From Candidatus Nealsonbacteria bacterium DGGOD1a (GTDB taxonomy: Bacteria; Patescibacteriota; Minisyncoccia; Minisyncoccales; UBA5738), in assembly GCA_022530585.1 (NCBI GenBank), contig CP092821.1, forward strand, positions 905,128 through 969,127: a stretch of DNA of 64,000 bases, in the 5' to 3' direction. Position numbers and translations under genes: made by a program. Below, piece by piece: positions 63,400 to 64,000 of the stretch. A model generated the notes under the pieces. That model saw only the letters and a program-made list of their open reading frames with translations. It ran no database searches and was not told where the DNA came from. Every line of letters starts with the position of its first letter. The stretch's first letter is position 1.

Positions 63400-64000
63400 T
63401 TAAATCGTCAAAGGAACCAAAAACTTTTGTTTTCCAATATTGACATTCTTTTGATTCCTCTCTTTTTGAAAATTAAGCGCCACCGCTTCCGCCAACGCCT
63501 TTGATAAAACCGTCGGCACCGCATTGCCTATCTGCAAATTTCTGTCGCTTCTTGAACCGTAAAATTGATAAGAATCGGGAAAACACTGAAGTCGCGCGCC
63601 TTCGCGCGTGGTAAGGGGTCGCGACGCTTTTGGATGGATGCAACGAGAAGATGACGGCGTGCTTAAATTACGGGTTATCGTTGTCGCCGGACGATTCCAC
63701 CAAAGACGGCAATAAGTATTTTTATACCCGGAAGCCGGTCTCAAATTCGCGGGCAAATCGCGAGGCGTTCCCCCATCGGGCAATAATTCCATTAACTTAA
63801 CCAATTTTGGATTATTCATCGGAGCGTTATGATCCATTAACCTTTCGGGCGCGTTCATCCTTGCCGTTTTTTGAAAATCGTTTTGCGGTTGTGTCGCATA
63901 TCCAAAACTTTCTTCTCCGGACTTTATAAAAGGCAAATCGCCAATTGCCTCTCCAAGCGTTAAATATGGTTTTAAATTATTTCCAAACAAATTTTTACTG
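63400..64000 (-). CDS. dcm: DNA (cytosine-5)-methyltransferase, C-terminal part (5' end beyond the window)
   Basis: The frame stays open upstream of the track M (codons at 63991-63999 are N, K, S). Motifs LTTREGARLQCFPDSYQF (IX) and QIGNAVP (X). Confidence 0.85.
   Translation of the reverse strand, partial: SKNLFGNNLKPYLTLGEAIGDLPFIKSGEESFGYATQPQNDFQKTARMNAPERLMDHNAPMNNPKLVKLMELLPDGGTPRDLPANLRPASGYKNTYCRLWWNRPATTITRNLSTPSSSRCIHPKASRPLTTREGARLQCFPDSYQFYGSRSDRNLQIGNAVPTVLSKALAEAVALNFQKERNQKNVNIGKQKFLVPLTI

Overview
64-kb fragment that looks like a small-genome anaerobic bacterium of the CPR/Patescibacteria type. This is an inference from gene content: ComEC, DprA and a lamin-tail-domain protein, class III RNR NrdDG, IorAB, bS21, large secreted or anchored surface proteins, and almost no biosynthesis genes. 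I support about 57 protein genes, nearly all on the minus strand. The plus-strand exceptions are pth-dprA-topA, murA and an IS transposase. Other calls are one tRNA-Leu(CAA), one intact IS with target-site duplications, one hicA pseudogene, and two CDSs cut by the window edges (1-699 and 63400-64000). Many ORF-track starts are TTG or GTG extensions that read into repeats, so I moved them to the first plausible ATG. No rRNA and no CRISPR array. The most unusual property is the density of palindromic repeats: at least 6 families and more than 30 copies. These include a RAYT-type Y1 transposase bracketed by perfect REPIN-like palindromes, GTAG-tailed REP-like hairpins, a ~100-nt nested-stem element, and AT-rich inverted-repeat cassettes that supply stop codons. 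Two palindromes are inserted in frame inside genes (tsaD and the RAYT itself). The best candidate for an undescribed system is a 4.1-kb island that splits nrdD from nrdG. It carries AbiEi/AbiEii plus three unknown genes, one of them a class-II-nucleotidyltransferase-like protein with a double CxxCGRN zinc ribbon. All functional calls come from motif recognition by eye; no database search was run.
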